Assembly: GCA_964499705.1 (NCBI GenBank)
Contig: CAZCME010000009.1
Span: forward strand, 2,001 to 66,000
Length of the DNA: 64,000 bases
Reading direction: 5' to 3'
From: an uncultured bacterium
GTDB lineage: Bacteria > UBA8481
Part shown: positions 20,012 through 29,731 of the stretch, one piece after another
Position numbering within the stretch: position 1 is the stretch's first letter
How the letters are laid out: each line of letters starts with the position of its first letter
The notes under the pieces: generated by a model
Told to the model about the DNA's origin: nothing
What the model saw: only the letters and a program-made list of their open reading frames with translations
Databases searched by the model: none
Program-made: the position numbers and the translations under genes

Positions 20012-22546
20012 TTATTCATATTTGATGAGGAGCGCACCGTATGTTTCGAGCCTGGGGAGAAGCGTGCGCACGTGGCCGTCCTTCCATTCCCAGTCCAGTT
20101 CCCGGGGGATCATGAGCCCCGCGAAGTCGGGAGTGCCGTAGTAGACCGCGACCGGTTTTCTGCCGTCCGGAACCTTGTAGGCGATCTCGTGGTCGGAAAG
20201 CGTCTGCGGTGTGGCGCACTTCTCGCTCCAGTTCCAGTTGGTCTCATTATGGAGGATCTGGACCGCGAGGAACTTTTCGTCGGAGTCGAATTCGCGGACG
20301 ATGCAGCCCGGGAGCTCGAAGCCCGACGTGAAATTCGTGACATTCCGGCCGTGCGTGATCCGGTAGAGCTGGGCGTCGAAGAAATTGTAGGCCTTGATGA
20401 TCTCGAAGTTGCGCTCGGGCATCGGCACATTGTCGGGATAGTAGAGTGTGTTCAGGGCGTGCATCACGCCGCCGGCCTCGTCCGGTTCTCCGGCCACCAT
20501 CAGGGACCCGCCGCCGGTCAGGGTCGCTCCGAGGATGTATTTCAGGTTCGCTTCCGTCCAGGTCTTCTGATCGAGCTTCGCGTCGGCGGGGTAGAGCTTC
20601 ACGACGACGCGCTGGTTCCGCGGAGCGCGGTGCCGGTAGCAGATGTCCACGAGCTCATCGAGGCCGCTCTTGAAGCCCGACCAGTTCTCGATGAAGATGA
20701 AATCCGTGACGTCGTACATGTTCTCGATGCCGTATTCGTTGACGCAGTTGAACGAGACCGTACTTTTCCTCTTCGCGGCGTGCGTCATAGCGCGCACGTC
20801 GCCCACGAGGTCCCTGATCACTTCGCTGAGAAGAACGCCGCTGTAGCGGCTGCCCTCGCTGTAATACCGGTCGTCGCGGCCGTGGCCGTAGGAGTCGATC
20901 TCGAAGCCGTCGAAGGAGACGATGTCGGCGTCGGAATCGTCGAGCGCGCGCTGGAGTTCCTCCATGAGGAACGGATACCACTTCGAGTCCTTGGCGATCG
21001 CCATGAGGTAGAACCAGATCGGCTTGTTCTGGCGCCTGGCTTCGTCCTCCGACATGACCGCGCCGTTGAAGATCCTCGGCACACCTTCGCGCGTCGTCAT
21101 CGGGTAGGGATGCAGGTTGTAGATGCTCTGCGAGGAGGCATACGCCGCGATGTAGGCGATCGAGAGGATGTTGCGGTCGTGACCGGCGTCGATCTTTCTC
21201 CGGATGTCCTCGCCGAGAATCTTCACGCCGAACGGCTCGTATTCGTAAACGGTCTTCGTCGGCGCGTAGTGGCCGTGGGCGGGGAAATAGTCGTAGTACT
21301 CGACGCCATTGATGTGAAGGCGCGCGAAGAAGTCGGACTTTTTCGCATAGTCGGAGCCGAGATCGGCCCAGTTGGCGTAGAAGCCGTAGCGGAGGTCATC
21401 GGAGATGTCGCGCGCGACCGTGAGGATTTCCGTCGCGCGGTCGAGGACATTTCCGTTTTCTTCGAGAGAGAATTCGACCAGGTAGCCGCCTTCGGCGAGG
21501 TTATCGGTTGGAATGGAGAAGGAATGCTGAGTCGGCGGCGGATCGAGCGGAGTTTCATCCAGGATGGAACCGTCGAAACGCTTCAACCGACGGATCAACG
21601 ACAGGCCGTGCTTCGCGAGATCATGCCTGGCGATCGTCACGGTGCCATGAGCCGACTCGCCCGGCTGCACCCAGACCTGGCGCAGGGAGACATCACCGAT
21701 GTGAATGCCGTCGAGGTTGCGCGGGGACGGGCGCGGCGCCAGGGGGAGGAGGACTCGCCCCGGGATGAGCCGGCGCTCGGTCGAGCCCCGGGAGAGGATC
21801 GTCGAGAAATCGAAGATGGAATTGTTCTCGGCGTCCTTATCCGCGACGAAGGGATCCGGAGACCAGTCGAAGTTGCCGGAACCGTCGTCCTTGACGAACT
21901 TGTATTTGTATTTCTTCGGCTTGACGTTCAGGATCGCATACCAGATTCCGCTCGCGGATTTCGTCATCCTGAACTGGGGATTCGAGATTTTTCCTCCGTC
22001 GTTTTCCGCCCAGTTGTTGAATTCTCCCGCGAGGTAGACGAACGGCACGGAGCCGCCGTCGAACGTGAAGAGCACTCCGCCCTCCACGGCGCGCGGCGCG
22101 CCGAGGGTGAGCGTCGTCGCGGGGACGGAGGCGGTGCCTGGGACCGGAAAGGAATGAGACTGGCTCGCCGCGTTCGTGACCGAGAAGGAAGGGCCCGTTC
22201 CGAGCCAGCCGTTCTCCTTGTCCTCATCGCGATCACAGGCCCACTCGAAGGTGGTTCCGGGCGCGGAGGGCATCCGGATCACGTAGCCCCAGATCCCGTC
22301 TCCCGCCGCTCCATCGTTATTTTGGCCGTCATCGTGCATGGGTACGCGGTTGTAATCCTCCCAGTCGCTCCTGTATTCACCCGTTCTCTTGTCCCAGTTG
22401 CCCGCGAGGTAGACCATGGCGTGAGGAGCAGGACCGGCGGAATCGTCAAAGAGGAGCGTGATGGCGGCGAACTCTTCCGAGAAGCAGTTCGTGGCCGAAA
22501 GGACCAGCGCGCCCGCCAGTGCGATGAGACTCCGGAGATAACGCAT
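20012..22546 (-). CDS. Secreted divergent GH66-like enzyme with N-terminal CBM48/glycogen-binding-like module
   Basis: Signal peptide; DDGQNNDGAAGDGIW; VLFTF..VYLAGEFNNW..YKYKFV; LRYGFY, HINGVEYYDY, FDGFEIDSYG, FIFIENW; GAGG before ATG 22546. Confidence 0.7.
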   Translation of the reverse strand: MRYLRSLIALAGALVLSATNCFSEEFAAITLLFDDSAGPAPHAMVYLAGNWDKRTGEYRSDWEDYNRVPMHDDGQNNDGAAGDGIWGYVIRMPSAPGTTFEWACDRDEDKENGWLGTGPSFSVTNAASQSHSFPVPGTASVPATTLTLGAPRAVEGGVLFTFDGGSVPFVYLAGEFNNWAENDGGKISNPQFRMTKSASGIWYAILNVKPKKYKYKFVKDDGSGNFDWSPDPFVADKDAENNSIFDFSTILSRGSTERRLIPGRVLLPLAPRPSPRNLDGIHIGDVSLRQVWVQPGESAHGTVTIARHDLAKHGLSLIRRLKRFDGSILDETPLDPPPTQHSFSIPTDNLAEGGYLVEFSLEENGNVLDRATEILTVARDISDDLRYGFYANWADLGSDYAKKSDFFARLHINGVEYYDYFPAHGHYAPTKTVYEYEPFGVKILGEDIRRKIDAGHDRNILSIAYIAAYASSQSIYNLHPYPMTTREGVPRIFNGAVMSEDEARRQNKPIWFYLMAIAKDSKWYPFLMEELQRALDDSDADIVSFDGFEIDSYGHGRDDRYYSEGSRYSGVLLSEVIRDLVGDVRAMTHAAKRKSTVSFNCVNEYGIENMYDVTDFIFIENWSGFKSGLDELVDICYRHRAPRNQRVVVKLYPADAKLDQKTWTEANLKYILGATLTGGGSLMVAGEPDEAGGVMHALNTLYYPDNVPMPERNFEIIKAYNFFDAQLYRITHGRNVTNFTSGFELPGCIVREFDSDEKFLAVQILHNETNWNWSEKCATPQTLSDHEIAYKVPDGRKPVAVYYGTPDFAGLMIPRELDWEWKDGHVRTLLPRLETYGALLIKYE

Positions 22547-22647
22547 CTTCACACCTCGATAACCGATTTCCATTCCCGTGCCTCTCCTCACCGTCCCCTG
22601 ATTTTCATGTTCTGTCCAGCGAAGATCGTCGCTGGCCCGCTCCGTAT

Positions 22648-22690
22648 TGTTAGCGCTAACAGTATGAGTCGGGTGGGCGCGTAGTGTCAA
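22648..22690 (-). promoter_or_regulatory. Promoter plus LacI-type operator 2
   Basis: TTGACA-N18-CATACT running into the perfect palindrome TGTTAGCGCTAACA (22648-22661). Confidence 0.75.
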
Positions 22691-22707
22691 GGAAGTCATG
22701 GCTTCGT

Positions 22708-23050
22708 CAGAAATTCCCCATCCACAAAACCTGAGACCACGAACCACACGAAAAACACGAAAATTTGGGGAAGAAGCGTCACTTTATGGATGCACTTGAG
22801 GAGAACACCGATTGATGGGGCGAATTCGTGGCCCGTTTTCCAGATCCGTGCGCACGTGCATTGAACGTTTTCAACAGGTCGAAGGGCGCGTTCCTCCGTA
22901 GATGCTGCGTAAGTGATGTGAAAAGAAAAGTGAAAAGAGAAAAATGAAAACCCTCCGCGACCGCCGACTCGATTTTATCCCATCGAAAGGCATTTTTTCG
23001 TGTGGTTCGTGTGGTTCGTGGTTAAGGATTCTTCAGTTGGGGAACTTCTG
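22708..23050. repeat. Nested-palindrome MITE-like element, copy D (different inner repeat)
   Basis: Ends CAGAAATTCCCCA / TGGGGAACTTCTG; inner ACCACGAACCACACGAAAAACACGAAAA and TTTTCGTGTGGTTCGTGTGGTTCGTGGT. Confidence 0.75.
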
Positions 23051-23091
23051 TGGCTACGTAAGCAACCGTTGATCGCGGGTCCCCGCGCGTT

Positions 23092-24426
23092 TCACGCCGC
23101 GGGGCCTTCCGTCGAGCGGCGGACGCGGATGACTCCGGCCGGCCGTCGTTCTTCCGCGCGGCGGACCCCGTCGATGTAAGGAGTCAGGTAGACGCGGCCC
23201 GTCTTCCTTCCGCGCGGAAAGACGACGTTCTCGTCGTAGTGCTCCACGATGAAGAAGACCCGCGCGGCCTGGCTCCGGGTGACCGTGTCGTAGCCTCCTG
23301 CGAAGTTCTCCCGGGTCGTGTCGGACTGGAAATAGTTGTAGGCGTTGTGGAACGTGACGAGGTAGAGATAGGTCGATGCCGTATCCGGAATCGACGTATC
23401 GACGGCGGTGATGACCGCGTCGAACGCGCTCGTGTTATTGTCCGAGAAATTCGTGTCGGCGGAACCGAAGACGCCGGAGATTTCCCGGGTGCGATCGACG
23501 AACAGGGCGCCGCTTACTCCGCCCGCCGGGGAATCGCAGCGCCAGATTCGGTAGCCGTACTGCGGAGATCCGCCGATGCCGCCGCCGCCGAATCGCCGCG
23601 CGCCTTCGATCGTCGGGATGAATCCGTCGGCGCCCATGCTCATTTCCCACGTGAGTGTGAAGGCGGAGTCGCCGGTCTGGACGGCATCGAAGTTGTACGG
23701 ATTGTCGCCCGCGTAATTCGCGAAGACCGTGTCGCCGGAAATATTCAGGCGCCGGCATCCCGGAGTATCCGGCAAGGAGGCGATGAAGGGATTCAGGGTC
23801 GAGAGGACGTCGGTATCGCCGAGCGAGCCGGACGCGGCCTGGTGACCGAGGACGGTCACGTCGCCGAAGGCGTTGTAGATGTAGAAGCCGTGGACGACGT
23901 TGGAGGGAATCGTGATGGACTTCGCCCTGCTGGCGTCCATCGTCCGGTTCCCAACGGGATCGATCGACATGAAGGAGATATTCGAATCGGACTCGTATTC
24001 CTTGATGCGATACGGGAAATAATAGGTGTACGTCGCGCCGGGAAAGACCACCATCGTGCAGGCATACGAGCCGTCGCCGACGGGAGTCATGATGACGCCG
24101 GATTCTCTCGCTCCGCCGCCGGCGCCCGTCAGGAGATTGGACAGGGCTCCGCGGTGCGACGATACCGGCTTGTTCGCGCTCGTGAAGACGATGGCCTTCG
24201 GGAAGGAGTCGCTGCCGAACGGCGCCTGCACCGGAAACGCCCGCGCCGGCAGGGCGATCATGAGTAGAATAAGAGCGACGATAATACGGGGACAGTATAC
24301 TGATTTTCCGTGAAGAATTTCACGGCTGTTTCTGCGTCCTCCAAGTCCTCCGCATCCTATGTGGCGCACGCGGTAATTCCTCGATCCGCCCGGTCGGAAA
24401 AACAGTATACTGTCCCCGTATTTCAA
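23092..24426 (-). CDS. Secreted hypothetical protein (start uncertain; 5' end overlaps a palindromic element)
   Basis: 444-aa ORF, signal-like RIIVALILLMIALPARA; TTG overlaps the GH15 stop. Confidence 0.6.
   Translation of the reverse strand: MKYGDSILFFRPGGSRNYRVRHIGCGGLGGRRNSREILHGKSVYCPRIIVALILLMIALPARAFPVQAPFGSDSFPKAIVFTSANKPVSSHRGALSNLLTGAGGGARESGVIMTPVGDGSYACTMVVFPGATYTYYFPYRIKEYESDSNISFMSIDPVGNRTMDASRAKSITIPSNVVHGFYIYNAFGDVTVLGHQAASGSLGDTDVLSTLNPFIASLPDTPGCRRLNISGDTVFANYAGDNPYNFDAVQTGDSAFTLTWEMSMGADGFIPTIEGARRFGGGGIGGSPQYGYRIWRCDSPAGGVSGALFVDRTREISGVFGSADTNFSDNNTSAFDAVITAVDTSIPDTASTYLYLVTFHNAYNYFQSDTTRENFAGGYDTVTRSQAARVFFIVEHYDENVVFPRGRKTGRVYLTPYIDGVRRAEERRPAGVIRVRRSTEGPAA
24283..24422. 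repeat. 28-bp inverted repeat element (GGGGACA...TGTCCCC family)
   Basis: AATACGGGGACAGTATACTGATTTTCCG (24283-24310) vs CGGAAAAACAGTATACTGTCCCCGTATT (24395-24422), one mismatch. Confidence 0.85.
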
Positions 24427-26318
24427 GAGGTCACGAGGTCGAAGACGCGGTTTCGTTCCCGTGAGACCAGGTGCGGCACATCGTCGATCTGCACTTTCTC
24501 GCGGTCATTCAGAGCGGTGATGTATGCGCCGGGGCCGAAGCCGCACATGGGGATGGCTCCGGAGTAATCCGCTTTCTCCACGGAGTAGAGCTCGCCGATC
24601 AGGTTGAAGTTGCGGGCCGACTGGGCGGTGACCCAGTCGATGAGTTCTTCGTATCGTGAGCGCTCGCCGAGCCTGGCGAAGGCGGAGGCGATCCGGAGAT
24701 CGATGACGACCCATTCCTGCCGGTCATACTCGGCTCCGTCGTCATTGCGGGCGTACCCGGGTGTCCGCTTCATCTTCAGGTATCGATCGAAGACGCGAAG
24801 CGTGGCCCGCGCGACGTCGTCGGAGACGAGATCGAAGTTGATGCCTTCGACGGCTCCGGCGTCGAGGCAAGTTTCGACGTTCGATTCCTCGTGCAGACCC
24901 TTGATGTAACCGCCATCCGCGGCGATGAAGGCCGATTGAAATCCGGCGCGCAGCATTTCCGCGGCGGCGCGATAGCGCCGGACGTCGTCCGTGCGACCGA
25001 GCCGGCCCGCCAGCCGGGCCGAGGCGACGAGTCCGCGATGAGCCGTGGCGGATGTATAGGAATATCGCCTGGAGCCGTTGTATCCGTTCTCGACGATGTG
25101 TCTTTCCCACGGGCCCGACTCCGCACGGATGATTCGCAGTTCCGGCTCGATGCAGTGGACGATCACGTCGGATATTTCCCGGAAAATGACGTTCGCGTAA
25201 TGCCGGGCGAATTCCATGTCGCGCGCCGCGTCGATATAGCGTTCGAGAACCCAGAGGAAAAGCCCGAAGCCGTCGAGCTCGATGTTGGGATCGTGAGCCC
25301 CGTCGGATTCTTCCGTGCCGTTTCCATAGTAGCGGCAGACGGAGATCCTGTAGGGGAGACCGACTCCGAAGTCGCGGCCACCGGAGATGAACGAGCGGTA
25401 TGTTCCGCAGCGCGCTTCGAGGAAGAACACCAGGGCTGAGCGGGCTTCATCCAGGTGGTTCGCGAGGATGAGGCCGCTCACGGCGTAGGCCGCGTCGCGG
25501 ATCCAGCAGATGTTCCAGTGTCCCGGCGGAAGGCTTGCCAGGATCTGCCCGTGCGCTCCGCCCGGTTCCCGGCATTGCGCCATCTTCAGCACCGTGGTCG
25601 ACATCGCGAAGAGCGCCTGTTCCTCGCGCGACTTGAAGACGGGCTTCTTTTCCCTTGCGTGCCAGGCCGCCCACCACGCTTCCTCTTCCGCGAGAAGTTT
25701 CGCGGGCGGTTTTTCCTCGGTCGAACAATCGGGAGATCCCTGGGAAAAGGTCACGGAGAGTCCGAACCAGGCGCAATCCGGATCGCGGCTCGTGATCTCC
25801 AGGAACCCCCTCGCGTAATTTCCCTGGATCGACGGTTTTTCCGCGAACAGCTTCAAGGTGATGAATTCGTCGGACGGACCCGACTTGATGACGACGAGAT
25901 TATCACTGGAATGGATCTGATCTTCCGTGGTGAACCCGAATTCGGCGGCGAATCCGAAGGAGGCCGGAAGCGGACCTCTCATGGAGACGAGATAATAGAT
26001 CTTCCTGCCGGCGGAAATCATCGGCGCGAAGACGCAGGCCTCGAAGCCGCCGCGCTCGTTCCGGGCTGCGTACCGGACGATACCCGTGCCCGGGATGTAT
26101 TCGGGCACGGCCATTCTCGGTGGCGCGGAGATTCCCGACCCGAAGAAGAGGCTCCGGCAGAAATCGCGCGTCGGCGTGAATTCATCGTGGTACGAATAGA
26201 TATGCTCGCGAAAGCTGTCGACCCTGTCCGTTTCGAGGTTGACCTTGGCGGAGACCAGGCCGTTGGAAAACGGGAGCTGATGGAATGAGCGGTGCGGATG
26301 TAATGGTAGCGCTAACAT
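24423..26318 (-). CDS. GH15 glucoamylase/glucodextranase-like enzyme, no signal peptide
   Basis: WIRDAAYA, ELDGFG, GPWE, IGELY motifs. Confidence 0.8.
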   Translation of the reverse strand: MLALPLHPHRSFHQLPFSNGLVSAKVNLETDRVDSFREHIYSYHDEFTPTRDFCRSLFFGSGISAPPRMAVPEYIPGTGIVRYAARNERGGFEACVFAPMISAGRKIYYLVSMRGPLPASFGFAAEFGFTTEDQIHSSDNLVVIKSGPSDEFITLKLFAEKPSIQGNYARGFLEITSRDPDCAWFGLSVTFSQGSPDCSTEEKPPAKLLAEEEAWWAAWHAREKKPVFKSREEQALFAMSTTVLKMAQCREPGGAHGQILASLPPGHWNICWIRDAAYAVSGLILANHLDEARSALVFFLEARCGTYRSFISGGRDFGVGLPYRISVCRYYGNGTEESDGAHDPNIELDGFGLFLWVLERYIDAARDMEFARHYANVIFREISDVIVHCIEPELRIIRAESGPWERHIVENGYNGSRRYSYTSATAHRGLVASARLAGRLGRTDDVRRYRAAAEMLRAGFQSAFIAADGGYIKGLHEESNVETCLDAGAVEGINFDLVSDDVARATLRVFDRYLKMKRTPGYARNDDGAEYDRQEWVVIDLRIASAFARLGERSRYEELIDWVTAQSARNFNLIGELYSVEKADYSGAIPMCGFGPGAYITALNDREKVQIDDVPHLVSRERNRVFDLVTS

Positions 26319-26354
26319 TATTTCACGTTACATCAGGGCAGGGGGAGAGATCAA
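26301..26354 (-). promoter_or_regulatory. Promoter plus LacI-type operator 3 overlapping the GH15 start codon
   Basis: TAATGGTAGCGCTAACATTA (26301-26320); TTGATC-N18-TAACGT-N6-ATG(26318). Confidence 0.7.
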
Positions 26355-26414
26355 GGCCCTTCCCGGAATATCTGCGCGATTGAAAGATGCGGAACCCGGT
26401 CCTATGCTCGCTTC

Positions 26415-27530
26415 GTGGTCGTCATGCGTCCATGGGCTGTTCGCTCAGGCGCGCCCCAATGTCGTGCCGGGGGCGGGGTACTTCGGTGCGCGGCAAGTCT
26501 TGCCGGCGTCCTCCTGGTCCTCTTGTCCGCCCCTGCCTCTTCCCGGGCCGAGCCGAACGCGAATCTCCTGAACGAGGCCGGCCTGCAGTTCCTTACCCGG
26601 GGGCGCGTGGAGGAAGCGATCGGGAAATTCACCGAGGCCATCGAAATCCGGGAGAAGCACGCCGAAGCCCATGCCAACCGAGGTTACGCGTATTCCATGC
26701 TCTCCCGCCCCGAGGATGCCCTTGCCGACCTGGATCGCGCGATCGAGATCGAAGGCAATAATGCGCAATTTTTGTACCTGCGCGGGAACATCCGGGCGCG
26801 GAGCGGCGATCACGAGGGAGCCATCCGCGATTATTCGCAATCTCTCCGCCACATCCGCCCGGATCCATGGATCCTCCTTCGCCGCGCGGAGGCGCGCGAG
26901 GCGCTGGGGCAATCGAGCCTGGCTCTGAAGGATTACTCCGACGCGATCCGCCACGGCCCCTTGTCCGCGCATTTCCACACGCGCCGAGGTCTCTTTCATC
27001 TCAACGCCGGCCGCCACGACAGCGCGATCGCCGATTTTTCCCGCGCGGCGCTCCTGGATTCCGACGATGCCACGATCTTTCACCATCGCGGGATCGCCTG
27101 GGCTGCGCGCGGTCGGTACGATTCCGCGCTGGCCGATTACGACGCGTCGGAGAAACTCAATCCGAACGATCCTCTGCTTCATAACAACCGTGGCAACGCC
27201 CGCAAGGCGCTCGGCGACATCCGCGGCGCGATCGCCGACTACGATGCGGCCATCCGTCTGGATCCGCGCGATGCCGTCGCGTATCTGAACCGCGGGACCG
27301 TGCATCAGATCGAAGGAAGACGAGGCGAGGCGGAGCGGGACATGGCGGCGGCATTGGCGATCAGTCCGACCCTGAAGGATGTCTGCGCGGCGATCCTTAA
27401 TCCCGCGATCTCGCCTCCGATTGGCGACTCGGCGACAGCTGCCGGTGGAGAACTTGTGGAAGAAGTGAGAACATCTCCGCGGAGAAGACGCGGTCATCGG
27501 AATAAAGATTTGACACGCTCTGACCGATGA
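26415..27530 (+). CDS. TPR-repeat protein with signal peptide
   Basis: Multiple canonical TPRs (AHANRGYAY..ALADLDRAIEI); TTGAAA-N17-TATGCT-N6-GTG upstream. Confidence 0.85.
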   Translation: MVVMRPWAVRSGAPQCRAGGGVLRCAASLAGVLLVLLSAPASSRAEPNANLLNEAGLQFLTRGRVEEAIGKFTEAIEIREKHAEAHANRGYAYSMLSRPEDALADLDRAIEIEGNNAQFLYLRGNIRARSGDHEGAIRDYSQSLRHIRPDPWILLRRAEAREALGQSSLALKDYSDAIRHGPLSAHFHTRRGLFHLNAGRHDSAIADFSRAALLDSDDATIFHHRGIAWAARGRYDSALADYDASEKLNPNDPLLHNNRGNARKALGDIRGAIADYDAAIRLDPRDAVAYLNRGTVHQIEGRRGEAERDMAAALAISPTLKDVCAAILNPAISPPIGDSATAAGGELVEEVRTSPRRRRGHRNKDLTRSDR

Positions 27531-27562
27531 CATAAATGTAACGCGCAACACGGCACACAACG

Positions 27563-28648
27563 ATGCAAGCGACGCAGCAGACCATACGCCAGGATCCACC
27601 CGCGCCCTGGCGCGGAGCGGAAGCGGACTGTCCGGCGACGGACAAGGAGGGGAGAGGGGCAACGGAAGACCGTCCCCGCTTTCGACCCTTCAGACCTCGC
27701 CCCTCCTCATCCGGCGCTCCCGTTTCCTCCTCCGCGAAGATCATTCCGTTCAACGTCCAGGAGCTCAATAATCTCCAGGAACTCGGCACCGACATCATCG
27801 AGTATCTCGCCGGCGATCACGAGTTCGCCGATCCCGCTCTCGCCGCCTTCGCGGAACGGATCACGTTCCACAAGGCGCCGTCCCTCTACAGCGAGATCAT
27901 CCATACGATGTCGCAGCTGAGGTTCACGGAGGAAGTGGCGCGAAGGAAGTGGGACGCGATCCTGAAGCACAAGTATTGCATGAGCGAACGGCAGGGCCGG
28001 AACGTCGGCATCCGCGTCGCGATGCTCGATTATTTCCTGAACATCACCCGAGAGGTCCGCCATGTCACGATGATGGAAGTGACGCGCCTCGAAGAGACGC
28101 AGCGGGATAATCTTTTCGACTGGCTGACCGGAGTCTGCTCCAAGAGGCATTTCATGGCGATGGCCGAGGCGGAACTCGAACGGGCGCGCCGTCACGGCGA
28201 AACTTGCTCCTTCTTCTTCTTCGACATCGATTTCTTCAAAGCCTACAACGACCGCTGGGGACATCTCCGCGGCGACGCCCTGCTCCGGCTGCTGCCGCAA
28301 TACGTCTGCGATCTCATCCGGCCGTACGATGTGATGGGCCGTTACGGCGGCGAGGAATTCGTCGTCCTGTTTCCCGACGCGGGATTGAGGGATGCCTATA
28401 CGCGGGCGGAGGAGATCCGTTCCATAGTGGCGGACCTGCCGTTCGCGGGCCGGGAAATATTTCCGGAGGAGAGGCTCTCCATATCCGGCGGCATCGCGTC
28501 CTACCCGCATCACGGAGAAACGCTCAAGGAGATTCTCGACGCCGCGGACAAGGCGCTCTACCAGGCCAAAAAATCCGGCCGGAACCGCGTCTTCGCCGCC
28601 GCCGCGCCATCCGCGTTCTCCACGACGGGAACCCTCCCCGAAGAATAG
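27563..28648 (+). CDS. Diguanylate cyclase
   Basis: DIDFFKAYNDRWGH, RPYD I-site, RYGGEEF. Confidence 0.92.
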   Translation: MQATQQTIRQDPPAPWRGAEADCPATDKEGRGATEDRPRFRPFRPRPSSSGAPVSSSAKIIPFNVQELNNLQELGTDIIEYLAGDHEFADPALAAFAERITFHKAPSLYSEIIHTMSQLRFTEEVARRKWDAILKHKYCMSERQGRNVGIRVAMLDYFLNITREVRHVTMMEVTRLEETQRDNLFDWLTGVCSKRHFMAMAEAELERARRHGETCSFFFFDIDFFKAYNDRWGHLRGDALLRLLPQYVCDLIRPYDVMGRYGGEEFVVLFPDAGLRDAYTRAEEIRSIVADLPFAGREIFPEERLSISGGIASYPHHGETLKEILDAADKALYQAKKSGRNRVFAAAAPSAFSTTGTLPEE

Positions 28649-28730
28649 CGTCTAAGTATCCACAGCGGAGCGGGATGAACTTGGTAAATTCTGACACAAG
28701 CGCCATAAATGCCTGTCGATATAGTCTATA

Positions 28731-29543
28731 ATGACGACAGGCGAGACCATGGAGCGCAGGCGGATGGGGATCGGATTCCCGACGGGTTGGAGCGCCCTCA
28801 TCTCTTGTCTGGCCCTCCTGTCGCTCGCTTCTTGTGCGGATTCCAAGCATGTCAAGGCGCCCGCTCAGCCCGTCACCGTTCATTCCCTCGTGTTCCTGAC
28901 CGAGGAGGATTCCCAGAGGAAACTGCACGAGGAATATGTCGGCCTTCCGAGTTCCACGGATCTCCAGATCCGCTACAGCGAATACCAGCCGATCGAGCGG
29001 CGGCAGGGAAATCTCATCTCCAAGGCGCTCTCCCGCATCGCGAAGATCGCGGGACGATCCACGGACGGAACCGTCGAGGGGATCGTGGACCAGTACGACG
29101 AGCGGCTGGACAAGTTGGAGCGCGGCTACAAGAAGGTCGAAGCGCTCGCGGAGGACATCGGGATCGACCGGGAGGATTTCCGGCAGGGGCTCGGCATCAC
29201 GACCGCGGCCGCGATGACCACGCTCGGAACGCTTCACGCCCTGAAGCCGCGCGCCCAGACTGAGGAGATGTTCGGCACGAAGATTCGCGCCGGATACGAC
29301 ATCACGCGCCTCGACGATCCGCGGATGACGCTCTCCTACGATAATCGGATGCGCGTACTTCTTTCCCGCGAAGGAATCGGTGGATCACTGGGCACGGCTC
29401 GCGGTCTCACGTATTCGGGCGAATTGAATGTCCGCAGGATGATGGCGACGGCGAATCTTTCCTTCCAGAATGCGATCTCCCTCGGGGCCGTGTATGCGCA
29501 CAAGGCGGAAGAAGTGAAAGGATACGTGAGGGTGGAATTCTAG
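28731..29543 (+). CDS. Hypothetical lipoprotein
   Basis: Lipobox LASC; beta-rich C-terminus ending in F. Confidence 0.65.
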   Translation: MTTGETMERRRMGIGFPTGWSALISCLALLSLASCADSKHVKAPAQPVTVHSLVFLTEEDSQRKLHEEYVGLPSSTDLQIRYSEYQPIERRQGNLISKALSRIAKIAGRSTDGTVEGIVDQYDERLDKLERGYKKVEALAEDIGIDREDFRQGLGITTAAAMTTLGTLHALKPRAQTEEMFGTKIRAGYDITRLDDPRMTLSYDNRMRVLLSREGIGGSLGTARGLTYSGELNVRRMMATANLSFQNAISLGAVYAHKAEEVKGYVRVEF

Positions 29544-29591
29544 GGGGCCACGCGGTTGCAACGTGGGATTCGAATCAGGGAAGGTATATGA

Positions 29592-29731
29592 CAGAACCTC
29601 CCCATCAAAAAATATTAACAGGATGAACAGGATAGGCAGGATCGATTCAGGGTGGAATAGAAGGCAATTTAGTCCTGTTATCGGGAAGTGGTTTTCATTC
29701 CTCCCAAATCCTGCCCATCCTGCCCATCCTG
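29592..29731 (+). repeat. Nested-palindrome element copy B, left part (interrupted by the intron)
   Basis: CAGAACCTCCCCATC..AACAGGATGAACAGGATAGGCAGGATCGATTCAG..ATCCTGCCCATCCTGCCCATCCTG. Confidence 0.85.

Noticed and set aside
20072-22684. 870-aa plus-strand ORF
   Set aside because: Antisense shadow of the second GH66-like gene.
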